DNA of 63,850 bases, filler included, from Deltaproteobacteria bacterium (GTDB lineage Bacteria > JAUYMQ01), in the NCBI GenBank assembly GCA_030698575.1. It is 12 parts of 12 records of this genome, joined end to end, with 100 filler letters (N's around TTAATTAATTAA, not from the genome) between each part and the next. Parts side by side here need not be neighbours in the genome. Positions count along the whole stretch, not along the records: positions 16,543 to 33,318 come from JAUYMQ010000438.1; 11 more parts are not named here. The stretch is one strand, 5' to 3'. This document shows positions 20,925 to 30,530 of this stretch, in pieces (position 1 is the first letter of the stretch; each line of letters starts with the position of its first letter). The notes beneath the pieces were generated by a model that worked only from the letters and a program-made list of their open reading frames with translations, did no database searches and was not told the DNA's origin. The position numbers and the translations under genes were made by a program.

Positions 20925-22004
20925 ATGATCAGCAAGGTTTTTTGGTTTCGCGCGATGACCTGGCTCGCGCTCGCCGGGCTCGCCGGTTTCTCTGTGTCGG
21001 CCTGCGGTGCGCAGGAAAAAGGCGGAGAGTCGCCCGGCGGCACGCCCGCCGCCCAGATGGAGTCCGGTGGGGACGACACGGTCGTCGCGAAGATCGGCGA
21101 CCTGCCCATCACCGCAGCGGAGCTGGAGCAGGCGGCGGCGAACGATCTCAAGCGCATAGAGACGCAGATCTACGAGGCCAAGCGCGCTGCTCTGGATAAC
21201 CTCATCGATGAGAAGCTCCTGGAGAAAGCCGCGGCGAAAGCGAACAAGACCGTGGACGAGTTGATGGCAGCCGAGGTGGACGGAAAGATCGCGCCGGCCA
21301 CCGAAGAGGCGACGAAGAAGTTCTTCGATGAGAAAAAGGAACGCCTTCGCGGCGAGTACGACGTTATGAAAGACCGGATCAAGCAGTTTCTCGCCCAGCG
21401 TGGCCGCCAGGAGCGGCTCGCGACGTACATGCGGGAACTGAAGGAGCAGAACCAGGTCGTGGTCTACATGGAAGCCCCGAAGATCGTGGTCGAGCTGGGA
21501 GATGCGCCCGTGCGTGGCAACCCCGATGCGACGGTCACCATCGTCGAGTTCAGCGATTTCGAATGCCCGTTCTGCCGACGCTCTCAGGACACCCTCAAGC
21601 AGGTCGAGGATAAATACAAAGGCAAGCTGAAGATGGCTTTCAAGGACTTCCCGCTCTCGTTCCATCAGCGCGCGATGCCGGCCGCCCAGGCCGCGCGATG
21701 CGCCGGCGAACTGGGGAAGTACTGGGAGTACCATGACAAGCTGTTCAGCGGCGAGGGGCTGAGTGACGTGGACTTCAAGCGCTACGCGAAGGAAGTCTCC
21801 CTCGACGAGGCCGCCTTCGACGCGTGCCTGGCTTCGAACAAGTATCAGAAGGCGATCGCGGCGGACATGAGCCAGGGCCAGTCGCTTGGCGTGACCGGCA
21901 CGCCCGCCTTCTTCATCAACGGCCGCTTCATGTCGGGCGCGCAGCCCCTCGAGGCCTTCTCCACGATCATCGACGAGGAGCTGAGCGCAGCACCCTCCTC
22001 CTGA
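20925..22004 (+). CDS. DsbA-family thioredoxin-fold lipoprotein with N-terminal helical extension
   Basis: Lipobox SVSAC, EFSDFECPFC, GVTGTPAFFING. Confidence 0.92.
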   Translation: MISKVFWFRAMTWLALAGLAGFSVSACGAQEKGGESPGGTPAAQMESGGDDTVVAKIGDLPITAAELEQAAANDLKRIETQIYEAKRAALDNLIDEKLLEKAAAKANKTVDELMAAEVDGKIAPATEEATKKFFDEKKERLRGEYDVMKDRIKQFLAQRGRQERLATYMRELKEQNQVVVYMEAPKIVVELGDAPVRGNPDATVTIVEFSDFECPFCRRSQDTLKQVEDKYKGKLKMAFKDFPLSFHQRAMPAAQAARCAGELGKYWEYHDKLFSGEGLSDVDFKRYAKEVSLDEAAFDACLASNKYQKAIAADMSQGQSLGVTGTPAFFINGRFMSGAQPLEAFSTIIDEELSAAPSS

Positions 22005-22037
22005 TCGCCGGGAACGAAGCAGCGGAATCCGCCGGGT

Positions 22038-23072
22038 TCAACGACGCTCGTCGCCCTCCCGGCGGATTCCCAGCTTCTTCTCGATTCGCCTGAGCCGTCG
22101 GAGAACGTCCGGCAGGTAGTTGAGGGCGGCGTACAGCCGCCGCCATCGCGCGATCGGGACCTGCGGAAAGCCCGCGACCTGGGCGCCGCTCGGCACCGAT
22201 CCCACCACCCCCGTTTTTGCCGCGCAGACGACGTCATCGCCAATGGTCGCGTGGCCCGTAATTCCCGTCTGCCCGCCGGTCATGACCCGCGATCCCACCT
22301 TGGTGCTCCCCGCTATCCCCGTCTGCGCCGCGAGGACCGTGTCCTCGCCCACCTCGCAGCCGTGGCCGATCTGAACGAGGTTGTCGAGCTTTGTTCCGCG
22401 CCCGATGACTGTCGCGCCCACCGTCGCACGGTCGACAGTCGTGTTGGCGCCTATCTCGACGTCGTCCTCGAGCACGACGGTGCCCGCCTGGACCATCTTG
22501 AAGTAACGATTGTCACCGGTGGGCGCGAAGCCGAACCCATCCGCCCCGATCACGGCGCCATTCTGGAGAATGACGCGGTTCCCAAGCCGGACCCGCTCCC
22601 GCACCACCGCGTTCGAATGAATCTTGCAGTCCGATCCGATATTCGCGCCGCGGTAAACGGTCGCATTCGCTCCGATAGTGGTTCGATCGCCCACCACGAC
22701 CTCGGCATCGATGACTGCGTTCGGGCCGATGGAAACGTCCGCACCGAGGCGGGCGGAGGGATCCACAACGGCGCTTGCGTGCACCCCCGGCGCGGGGCGC
22801 GGCTCATCGCAGAAGTGAGGAATGATCTGGGCGAAGGCGAGATAGGGCGACGGCGTTCGGAGGACCCCGCACCCCTCCGGCGCGTGCACCCCCGGCTCGA
22901 GAAAAATGGCTCCGGCGCGGGTCGTCTTCAAATGGCTGCGGTAGCGTGGATTCGAGAGAAAAGTCAGCTCGCCGGGCCCGGCCTGTTCGATGCCGGCGAG
23001 CCCGCTGATCTCTCGGTTCCCGTCGCCCTCGAGCACGGCCGACGTGATCTCGGCGATCTCGCTTAGCTTCAT
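22038..23072 (-). CDS. lpxD: UDP-3-O-(3-hydroxyacyl)glucosamine N-acyltransferase
   Basis: LTFLSNPRY, IGADGFGF, DDVEIGANTTVDRA, TKLDNLVQIGH, hexapeptide repeats. Confidence 0.97.
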   Translation of the reverse strand: MKLSEIAEITSAVLEGDGNREISGLAGIEQAGPGELTFLSNPRYRSHLKTTRAGAIFLEPGVHAPEGCGVLRTPSPYLAFAQIIPHFCDEPRPAPGVHASAVVDPSARLGADVSIGPNAVIDAEVVVGDRTTIGANATVYRGANIGSDCKIHSNAVVRERVRLGNRVILQNGAVIGADGFGFAPTGDNRYFKMVQAGTVVLEDDVEIGANTTVDRATVGATVIGRGTKLDNLVQIGHGCEVGEDTVLAAQTGIAGSTKVGSRVMTGGQTGITGHATIGDDVVCAAKTGVVGSVPSGAQVAGFPQVPIARWRRLYAALNYLPDVLRRLRRIEKKLGIRREGDERR

Positions 23073-23136
23073 CGCCCCGGGCTCCTCCCTTGTCCTCACC
23101 CTCGTGTGGGCCGCGCGTTGCCGGCCGGCGGGCCGC

Positions 23137-25272
23137 TTATCTTATAGCAAGGTCTCCGGCCCCGCGAGAGCCGGCTCTCCCGCGCTGGCGCGCAGGTTGT
23201 CCGCGATAGACAGGCCATCCGTCAGATGCCTGTTCCCGGCGAAGCCGCGAAGCCACCCGCTCTTCCAGCGCTTCCGCGAGAAGCGGGGCGTATCGGGCGC
23301 CTATCCCGCTTGCATCAAGGACCGCGACATCGAGCGCCCGGCGGTCAGGCCGTGCGGCCTCGGCCGAGATCGGACCGATGGGACGGCTGCTGAGCGGCTC
23401 GAAGGCCGAGCGGATGGCGTGAAGCGCCGGCGCGCTCATGGTGCGCGGATCGGCGATGCGCAGCGCGCGAATCTCGGGGCCGTAGACGTTTATTCGCCCT
23501 CCGATGTTGATGCGCCCCAGACTCTCGATCGCCATCATGGAGAGCGCACTGTTCAGTATGGCCGTGCCGGGCAGCGACAGGGCGCGATCGGGGAACCGCC
23601 CCTGGTAGAACATGTTCGTCGCCGTGATTCCCTCCCGTGCATGGACAATCATGTGCCGCTCCCGGATCAGCAGCGGGATCGCGAAGTCGCCCGGGGGGCG
23701 TGGACGCAGGCGGTACCAGGGCGCGTTGTGCCTGACGGAAGGCACCTCCGGGTACGGGCGGCCCGCGCGGGTGTGCCGGGCCTTTAGCCGTGTGCGCGAG
23801 CGTTCGCCCAGGAGCACATGCGCGAGAGCGCCCGGATACCGCCCTCGCAAAAGCTCCTCCCGGCCGATCGGGCAGACGAAAATGCGCCGCGGAAGATCGC
23901 GGGAGCGCACGGAGAGCGTGCCGATCTCGAGGGTGGAGGTGAGCACGGGAAGCAGGAATCGCGCTTCCACGTCTGTCTTCGAAGAATCGAGGATGAAGAA
24001 ATCCACCAGCCCGGGCTTCGTCCCGTAGTGAAGCGCCGCGATGTCATCGAGGGGGGCGAAGGACGCCGGAGCGCTTGCGATGATCTCCTCGAGCAGATCC
24101 GCGCCGCGCAGGAGGGTGGCGCCCCACCGATCGAGCGAGGACAACCGCCGCGCGCCCACCCGGCGACGCCTCGTGCGCCACGCACGGGGCGCCTTCCCTC
24201 TGGCTTGCTGAACCGGGGGCGCGTAGCTGGTGAACACCGCAGCGCGCCGCGCCCCTCCCTGCCTCCGGCTGATCACCGCGACCACCGGGTTCGCTGCAGC
24301 CGTGGCGAACACCTTCCCCTCCCATTCGGACACGAAACGCACCTCGGCCTGCTCGGAGAGAAAGCGCCGGAGCGGGCGCCCGTAGAGGGCGTCGAGCCAG
24401 GCATTGGTCGTGACATAGGCAAGCGCGCCGCCCTCGCGAAGGCTCGCCAGTCCAAGCAGAAAGAAGGCGACGGAAAGATCGGCTCTGGCCGTGAGCGCGG
24501 CCCCCGCTCCGGGGAGCGCGCGCTCGAGGTGCGCCGCCAGCGCGCGCTTCACCGCCATCCCCCCCATCGTTTCCTGGCGCACGTAGGGGGGGTTGCCGAT
24601 TACGAGATCGAAGCCGGCATCGGGCGCGCTTCGGAGCGCATCGCCCGCGCGCAGCGTGCAGCGCGCTCCCGGAGCCGCGTCGGAGAGAAAAGCCATTCTC
24701 GCGCGCGCGGCGGCGATTGCCTCTCGATCGCAATCGATTCCCACCAGGTTCGTCTGCCGGGCGCCAAGCAGGATCGCCGCTTCCGCCAGAAATGCGCCCG
24801 CCCCGCAGGCCGGATCGAGCACGCGGCGCGGCGCGCCGCCAAGCGCACGCAAACCCTGGGCGATGGTGAACCGGGCCAGGGCTGCGTCGGTGTACACAGC
24901 GCCCATCGCGCCTCGCGCGCTGGAAGGGAGCGTGGCCTCCGACACCGACGCGATCAGGAAGCCGCGCAGATCCGGATCCTCCCCAGGGAGCCGTGCGAAC
25001 AGCCCGCAAAGATCGCGGCGCAGGCCACGAAGCATCTCCGCGGTTTCCGGATCCCCGGGTGAGACGGACCGATGGGGGCGGTTCCGGGCGGCCGCGATCA
25101 CCGCCCCGAGGAGCGCCTGCCGCGCGAGCTTCCAGCCGTGACGCGACACGAGAAAACGGCTGGGCGCGACGAGAAGGCGGTGCAGCGCATCGGCGGCGAT
25201 GCGCCGCCCGCCCTCGAGGGCGGACGAACCCGGATACGTCACCGGAAGATGCGTCATTCCAGGATGCGTCAT
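23137..25272 (-). CDS. Amino (N6-adenine) DNA methyltransferase, gamma/Eco57I-like, with C-terminal target-recognition region
   Basis: GAVYT, VLDPACGAGAFL (motif I), FDLVIGNPPYVRQE (motif IV), WLDALYG; start codon uncertain. Confidence 0.8.
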   Translation of the reverse strand: MTHPGMTHLPVTYPGSSALEGGRRIAADALHRLLVAPSRFLVSRHGWKLARQALLGAVIAAARNRPHRSVSPGDPETAEMLRGLRRDLCGLFARLPGEDPDLRGFLIASVSEATLPSSARGAMGAVYTDAALARFTIAQGLRALGGAPRRVLDPACGAGAFLAEAAILLGARQTNLVGIDCDREAIAAARARMAFLSDAAPGARCTLRAGDALRSAPDAGFDLVIGNPPYVRQETMGGMAVKRALAAHLERALPGAGAALTARADLSVAFFLLGLASLREGGALAYVTTNAWLDALYGRPLRRFLSEQAEVRFVSEWEGKVFATAAANPVVAVISRRQGGARRAAVFTSYAPPVQQARGKAPRAWRTRRRRVGARRLSSLDRWGATLLRGADLLEEIIASAPASFAPLDDIAALHYGTKPGLVDFFILDSSKTDVEARFLLPVLTSTLEIGTLSVRSRDLPRRIFVCPIGREELLRGRYPGALAHVLLGERSRTRLKARHTRAGRPYPEVPSVRHNAPWYRLRPRPPGDFAIPLLIRERHMIVHAREGITATNMFYQGRFPDRALSLPGTAILNSALSMMAIESLGRINIGGRINVYGPEIRALRIADPRTMSAPALHAIRSAFEPLSSRPIGPISAEAARPDRRALDVAVLDASGIGARYAPLLAEALEERVASRLRREQASDGWPVYRGQPARQRGRAGSRGAGDLAIR

Positions 25273-25440
25273 CGCAAGAAGTGCCATCGCAAAATGTAAC
25301 CAGGGGGGGTTACGTGTGGTGTGAGCGGGGGGAAGCCACCCTAGCACGGCTTGTGCTCGCACGAATACTCGGAAGCCACGGGCTCCGCTCGGGATTCCAT
25401 CGGGGTGCGGGCGCCGCCTCTGTCACAATTTGGCGTCGAT

Positions 25441-25472
25441 GACGCGCCGTCCCGGGCAACGGCGCGTTTTTT
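25441..25472 (+). terminator. Intrinsic terminator-like hairpin
   Basis: GACGCGCCGT-8nt-ACGGCGCGTT followed by a T-run. Confidence 0.55.
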
Positions 25473-25664
25473 TGATCCACCGCGGGCTTAAGGAGAAGTC
25501 CTTCAACCTATTGAAATTACAATGCTTTTTTTGAATTTCAGCCAAGGCATAATAATGCCGATAAAATCTGTTGTTGAACTTTTGCCGCGGAATGGCTAAA
25601 AAACATCACACTTAGGTAGGTTCACTGTCTGAAAGCCGCCCCTTGGGGAGGAGGATCTCTAAAT

Positions 25665-26324
25665 ATGGCCCCGTTTGAGACCACCCGGCGTGGGATGCAT
25701 CGAAATCCGATCACCGCGTTGATTCTTTTTGTAACAATTGCGTTGCTTCCGGCCTGGAGCTGGAAGTGCGCCCTCCTTGGCGCGGCAGTCGGCGCCGGGG
25801 TCGGCGTCGGCGTCGGCGCCATCGCTCACTCCGATGGCGCCAGCCCCACCGGCGAAGGCATGGCCTACGGCACCATCGGCGCAGCGCCGGGGTTCATCAT
25901 CGGCGGACTGATGTGCGGTGAGGAAGAAGAGGCTGTTGCCGCCGTCTCCGACGACATGGGCGCAGCGCAGGTCAGCCCGATTGGCATCGTGTACTTCGAC
26001 TTCGACAAGTTCAACATCCGACCGGATCAGGTGCCGGTTGTTGACGACGTCGCGGCGAAGATGCAGGCCGATCCCGCCATGAACGTCGAGCTCCAGGGCA
26101 ACACCGACTCGATAGGCAGTGAGGAGTACAACCTCGCACTGGGCAACCGGCGTTCGGTTTCGGTGCAGCGCGCGCTCGAAGAGCGCGGCGTCGGCAGCGA
26201 GCGCATGGCGACGGCGAGCTTTGGCGAGGAGCGCCCTGCGGCCCCGAACACCAATTCGGATGGCAGCGACAATCCGGAAGGCCGGGCCCTCAACCGGCGC
26301 ACCGAGGTGCTTCCGGTCCAGTAG
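25665..26324 (+). CDS. OmpA/Pal-family peptidoglycan-binding protein with glycine-zipper N-terminus
   Basis: VYFDFDK, GNTDSIGSEEYNLALGNRR, NPEGRALNRRTE; GGAGGAGG RBS. Confidence 0.92.
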   Translation: MAPFETTRRGMHRNPITALILFVTIALLPAWSWKCALLGAAVGAGVGVGVGAIAHSDGASPTGEGMAYGTIGAAPGFIIGGLMCGEEEEAVAAVSDDMGAAQVSPIGIVYFDFDKFNIRPDQVPVVDDVAAKMQADPAMNVELQGNTDSIGSEEYNLALGNRRSVSVQRALEERGVGSERMATASFGEERPAAPNTNSDGSDNPEGRALNRRTEVLPVQ

Positions 26325-26351
26325 CCGCACATTCGCAAGTCGTAAGGTAAT

Positions 26352-26384
26352 AAAGAAGGGGAGCCCGCGGGCTCCCCTTCTTTT
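26352..26384 (+). terminator. Intrinsic terminator
   Basis: AAAGAAGGGGAGCC-CGCG-GGCTCCCCTTCTTTT directly after the ompA-like gene. Confidence 0.85.
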
Positions 26385-26464
26385 CGTTGGACGCGTCGCT
26401 CGCCGGAAACGCTTGACGGTTGAGGTTTCAGAGGCCATTTTTGCGCCCCCATGGTGATCAACCG

Positions 26465-27568
26465 ATGACCGACAGGCCGCAGAACCTGGAGCCGCCCCCC
26501 GCCCCCAAAGCTCAGCCGAGCCGGCTGCGAAGCATGGCCTCGCTCGCGTTGAAGGCGGCGCTGACCATCGGCGCCTTCTATCTGCTGCTCACCCATGAAG
26601 TGAAGCAGGCCGACGGAACGCATGCCTCCGCCATCCGGATCATCATCGAGTACCTTCCCCAGATCGATGGACGGACCTTCTGGACCTTTGTGCTGATCGC
26701 GACAAGCGTGAAGGCGGTTGGAATCCTTTCGAGCATGACGCGCTGGCACGTGCTCCTGCGCGCCCAGGGGATCCGCTTCCCTTTCCGGCACATCGTGGGA
26801 TCCTTCCTCATCGGGAGGTTCCTCGGCACCTTCCTCCCCAGCACGATCGGTCTCGACGGATACAAGCTCTACGACGCGGCGCGTTTCTCGAAGCGGACGG
26901 TCGAGGCGACGGCCGCGACGGTCATCGAGAAGGTTCTCGGATTCATGGGGATCTTCCTCTCTTTCCTGGTTGCCTTCCCTCTCGGCGCGACGCTGTTCGC
27001 CCCCCACGCGGGCAAGGTGGCCGCGGCCACCATTCCCGTCTCGCTCGCCATCATCGGGACTTTCTTCCTCCTCATGATCAACCCCCGGCCCATCCAGCGC
27101 ATCATCGAGACCGTGCCGCTCCCCGGCGCCGGCCGCGGCCGACTGCAGAGCTTCGTCCAGCGCACCTCGACCGCGGCCTCCGCCTTCCGCCGCCACACGG
27201 GGGTCCTCTTCCTGGCCACCTTCCTCTCCTTCATTGTGCACTTCACGACGGCCGCCATGTACTTCTTCACCGCCCTCGCGATCGGGGCCGCGCAGGCCGA
27301 GTTCTGGCAGGTGACTCTCGCCTCGACCGTTCAGATCCTGGCGACCGTCCTTTCCCCGTTCACGATCGCGGGAGAGGGTGTCCGGGAGATCGCGCAGATG
27401 TATCTGCTGAAAAATCACATCGGCGTCGGCGAATCGATCCTCTCCGCGGCCCTGGGCTTCTGGGCCGCCGAGGCACTCACTCTTCTCGGTGGGATCATCT
27501 GGTGGGCGCGCGGCAGCGACTACCGGCCGCGCTACTGCATCGTGGAGAACGCCGGAGAGGCCGGCTGA
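26465..27568 (+). CDS. Lysylphosphatidylglycerol synthase TM / flippase-like (UPF0104) protein
   Basis: RWHVLLRAQG, FLPSTIGLDGYK, PFTIAGEGVRE motifs; multiple TM segments. Confidence 0.85.
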   Translation: MTDRPQNLEPPPAPKAQPSRLRSMASLALKAALTIGAFYLLLTHEVKQADGTHASAIRIIIEYLPQIDGRTFWTFVLIATSVKAVGILSSMTRWHVLLRAQGIRFPFRHIVGSFLIGRFLGTFLPSTIGLDGYKLYDAARFSKRTVEATAATVIEKVLGFMGIFLSFLVAFPLGATLFAPHAGKVAAATIPVSLAIIGTFFLLMINPRPIQRIIETVPLPGAGRGRLQSFVQRTSTAASAFRRHTGVLFLATFLSFIVHFTTAAMYFFTALAIGAAQAEFWQVTLASTVQILATVLSPFTIAGEGVREIAQMYLLKNHIGVGESILSAALGFWAAEALTLLGGIIWWARGSDYRPRYCIVENAGEAG

Positions 27569-27659
27569 GGATTGATCGGTCCCGCCGCGCAGGGGTCGGC
27601 TGCATCGCCCAGCAGCATCAGTTCCGGTAAAGTGCGGGGACTTTCAGACAGGGGAAGCC

Positions 27660-28946
27660 ATGGAGGCATTGCATTCCGATCCGCTGCCGCAGGTGCTCTT
27701 CCTGCTCGTGGCGATTCTCGTGACCGCCAAGATCGGCGGCTACGTGGCCACGCGCCTGCGGATACCCGCTGTGCTCGGCGAGCTCGGCGCCGGGATCGTC
27801 ATGGGGAACGCCGGGCTCTTCATGTTCGGCTCGACGCTGCTCCCCGAGATCCGGGACAACCAGTACCTCGCCCTCATGGCCGAGCTGGGCGTCATCCTTC
27901 TGATGTTCGAGGTGGGCGTCGAGGGGACGGTGAAGCAGATCGCGTCCGTTGGAAGCTCAGCGGCGCTGTCTGCGGTCCTCGGCGTGGCGGCGCCCTTCCT
28001 GCTCGGCTGGGGAGTCGGCGCGCTCCTGCTCCCCGAGTCCGGGGGGATGGTTCACGTTTTCATAGGCGCCACGCTCTGCGCCACGAGCGTCGGAATCTCG
28101 GCGCGGGTTCTCCAGGAAAGCGGCGCCACGCAGACGCCCTCGGGACGGACCATCCTGGGCGCCGCAGTGATCGATGACACGCTCGGGCTGATCATACTGG
28201 CAATCGTGGTGGGGCTTATCACCTCGGAGACGGCGAATGTCTGGGTGGAAGCCGGCCGGGTCACCTTCCAGGCTGCGGCGTTTCTGGGCGGGGGACTTGC
28301 GCTCGGATTGCTCTTCTCGAAGCCGCTCTACCGGCTTACTTCCAAGATCCAGGTCAGCGGCATGCTGCTGACGGTCTCTCTCGTCCTCTGTTTCGCTTTC
28401 GCCTACGGCGCCCATTTAGCGGGGCTGGCGCCCATCGTCGGGGCCTTCGCCGCGGGGCTTATCCTCGAACCGGAGCACCAGACCTTCTATGCCGCCTCGG
28501 AGGGGGAGCACCACCGATCGCTCGAGGATCTCCTTCATCCCCTCTCGGCGCTCTTCGTCCCGCTCTTCTTCGTACAAACAGGCGCGAAGGTCGATCTCAG
28601 GGCGCTGCTCTCGCCGGAGGCGATGATGCTCGGGCTCGTTCTCACCGTAGCGGCCGTTTTCGGAAAGCTCGCATGTGCGGCAGGCGTCGTCGATCGCACC
28701 ATCGATCGCTGGACCGTGGCGCTGGGCATGATCCCGCGCGGCGAGGTGGGGCTCATCTTCGCCGGCATCGGCGCAACCCTGACAGTCGGAGGAGAGCCCG
28801 TCATCACGCCCACGCTCTACTCCGCCATCATCGTGATGGTGATCCTGACCACACTGATTCCTCCCCTCCTCCTTCCCGCCCGCCTGCGGCGCCTCAAGCT
28901 CGACACCGAACCTCCGCCCGAATCAGGGGCCGCGCCCGGACATTGA
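27660..28946 (+). CDS. Cation:proton antiporter (CPA2/NapA-like)
   Basis: PAVLGEL, ATSVGISARVL, GAAVIDD, GMIPRGEVGLIFA. Confidence 0.93.
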   Translation: MEALHSDPLPQVLFLLVAILVTAKIGGYVATRLRIPAVLGELGAGIVMGNAGLFMFGSTLLPEIRDNQYLALMAELGVILLMFEVGVEGTVKQIASVGSSAALSAVLGVAAPFLLGWGVGALLLPESGGMVHVFIGATLCATSVGISARVLQESGATQTPSGRTILGAAVIDDTLGLIILAIVVGLITSETANVWVEAGRVTFQAAAFLGGGLALGLLFSKPLYRLTSKIQVSGMLLTVSLVLCFAFAYGAHLAGLAPIVGAFAAGLILEPEHQTFYAASEGEHHRSLEDLLHPLSALFVPLFFVQTGAKVDLRALLSPEAMMLGLVLTVAAVFGKLACAAGVVDRTIDRWTVALGMIPRGEVGLIFAGIGATLTVGGEPVITPTLYSAIIVMVILTTLIPPLLLPARLRRLKLDTEPPPESGAAPGH

Positions 28947-28953
28947 TCGTGCA

Positions 28954-29346
28954 TCAAGCAGACGGCCGCGTTCCCGCGCCGCCTCTCTGGGGCTTGATCA
29001 GCTCCACGATGTTGCCGTCGGCGTCCTTCACCCAGGCCTGCGAAGCCCCCTCCCCGCCCCCGAGCACCTCGAAGCCCTTTGCAGCCAGCTCACCGGAGGC
29101 GCCCGCGACGTCCTCGACGGCGAAGGCGACGTGCCGGTGAAGGGCGTTCAGCGGCGTATCGGGCGCCGGGCCCTCGGGCAGCACGATCAGATGCACCTCG
29201 TTCCCGCCCGCCCGGTACCAGGCCCCTTCGAAGGGAAAGTCCGGCCGCGCAATCTCCTCGAGGCCGAGCACCTCGCCGTAGAAGGCCTTCGCCCGCGCCA
29301 GGTCCCGGACGCAGAGTGATGCGTGATGAATTCGCTCGAGCTTCAC
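28954..29346 (-). CDS. VOC/glyoxalase family protein
   Basis: IHHASLCVRDL..AKAFY..VLGL, HVAFAV, DADGNIVEL; GTG start with GGAG RBS. Confidence 0.9.
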   Translation of the reverse strand: MKLERIHHASLCVRDLARAKAFYGEVLGLEEIARPDFPFEGAWYRAGGNEVHLIVLPEGPAPDTPLNALHRHVAFAVEDVAGASGELAAKGFEVLGGGEGASQAWVKDADGNIVELIKPQRGGAGTRPSA

Positions 29347-29402
29347 CTGTGCTCCTTCCTCGTTGGTTACGTCGGCCATCCCGGCCGAGCCGGGCCCGGC
29401 GC

Positions 29403-30329
29403 TCAGCCGAGTTTTCCGCCAAAAGAGGCCACGCAGGCGTAGGTTCGCGCCACCGAGGCCTGTGGGTCGTCGCCCGCGGGAAAAATGGCCGGGCCGAACT
29501 CGGTCGCGCCGGCATCCGCGAAGCGCCGCAGCGCTTCCTCGACCTGCTTCTCGTTCCCGACGATGGCGACGTCGGCCGGGCTCGCCGCCCCCTCCCTGTC
29601 CAGCATCGCGCGGTACGAGGGGAGTCCGCCGTAGATAGCGAAGAATTTGGCTGCATTCTCGCGGGCCGCGGCCGCATCGTCGGTCACGCAGACCGGCAGA
29701 GAGCAAACGACGCGGGGGGCCGGGCGGCCCGCCGCCTTCGCGCTTGCGGTGATCCCCGGGACGATGTGCGATGCGAGCGTCTTGGGGCCCACCATCCAGG
29801 TGATCGTACCGTCCGCCAGCTCGCCCGCGATCTTCAGCATACGTGAGCCCAGCGCCGCGACGATGATCGGAAAAGGCGTGCATCCTTCTACTTTCGCCTT
29901 GCCGTTGACCTGGTAGGTTTCACCCTGAAAGCTCACGCCACCTGTATCGCGAATGGCGCCCAGAACCGACAGATACTCCCGCATGTGACGGGCGGGCTTC
30001 TCGTAGCTGAGCCCCCACATCCCCTCGATTACAACCTGGTGGCTGAGGCCCAGCCCCAGCGCGAGTCGGCCGCCGGTGGCCGCCTGCACGGTCATCGCCT
30101 GCTGAGCGAGCGTGAAGGGGTGCCGAGGAAAGGTCGGGACGACCGACGTGCCCAGCTCGATGCGGCTGGTCGCGCGGCCCGCGAGAGCGAGGACAGTAAG
30201 GGCATCGGGCCCGAAGACCTGTGGCGTCCAGGCCGACGCGAAGCCGTCCTTCTCCGCCTTCACGAACTTCGCGATCGTCTCGTCGAGCGGCTTGCTGTCC
30301 TCTGCGGGAATCCACAATCCGATTCGCAT
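29403..30329 (-). CDS. LLM-class (luciferase-like) F420-dependent oxidoreductase
   Basis: RIELGTSVVPTFPRHP, GGRLALGLGLSH, AALGSRMLKIAGELADGTITW. Confidence 0.9.
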   Translation of the reverse strand: MRIGLWIPAEDSKPLDETIAKFVKAEKDGFASAWTPQVFGPDALTVLALAGRATSRIELGTSVVPTFPRHPFTLAQQAMTVQAATGGRLALGLGLSHQVVIEGMWGLSYEKPARHMREYLSVLGAIRDTGGVSFQGETYQVNGKAKVEGCTPFPIIVAALGSRMLKIAGELADGTITWMVGPKTLASHIVPGITASAKAAGRPAPRVVCSLPVCVTDDAAAARENAAKFFAIYGGLPSYRAMLDREGAASPADVAIVGNEKQVEEALRRFADAGATEFGPAIFPAGDDPQASVARTYACVASFGGKLG

Positions 30330-30530
30330 GTCGCCTCCGTTGCTTGCCCTCGTTTGCTTTCGATGATGAGCCTCTGTGGCATCCGGCCTTCTGGCGACCG
30401 CTCCGGGACCTTGAATCGAGCGGCCGCTATCATTCATGATAGACATGATGGCCTGGCCTGGTGCCCATGCATCATAACAGGAGCCCGGCCGCCCTTCCAA
30501 AGGGCGCCAAACCGAGCAAAGGAGCAGGCG

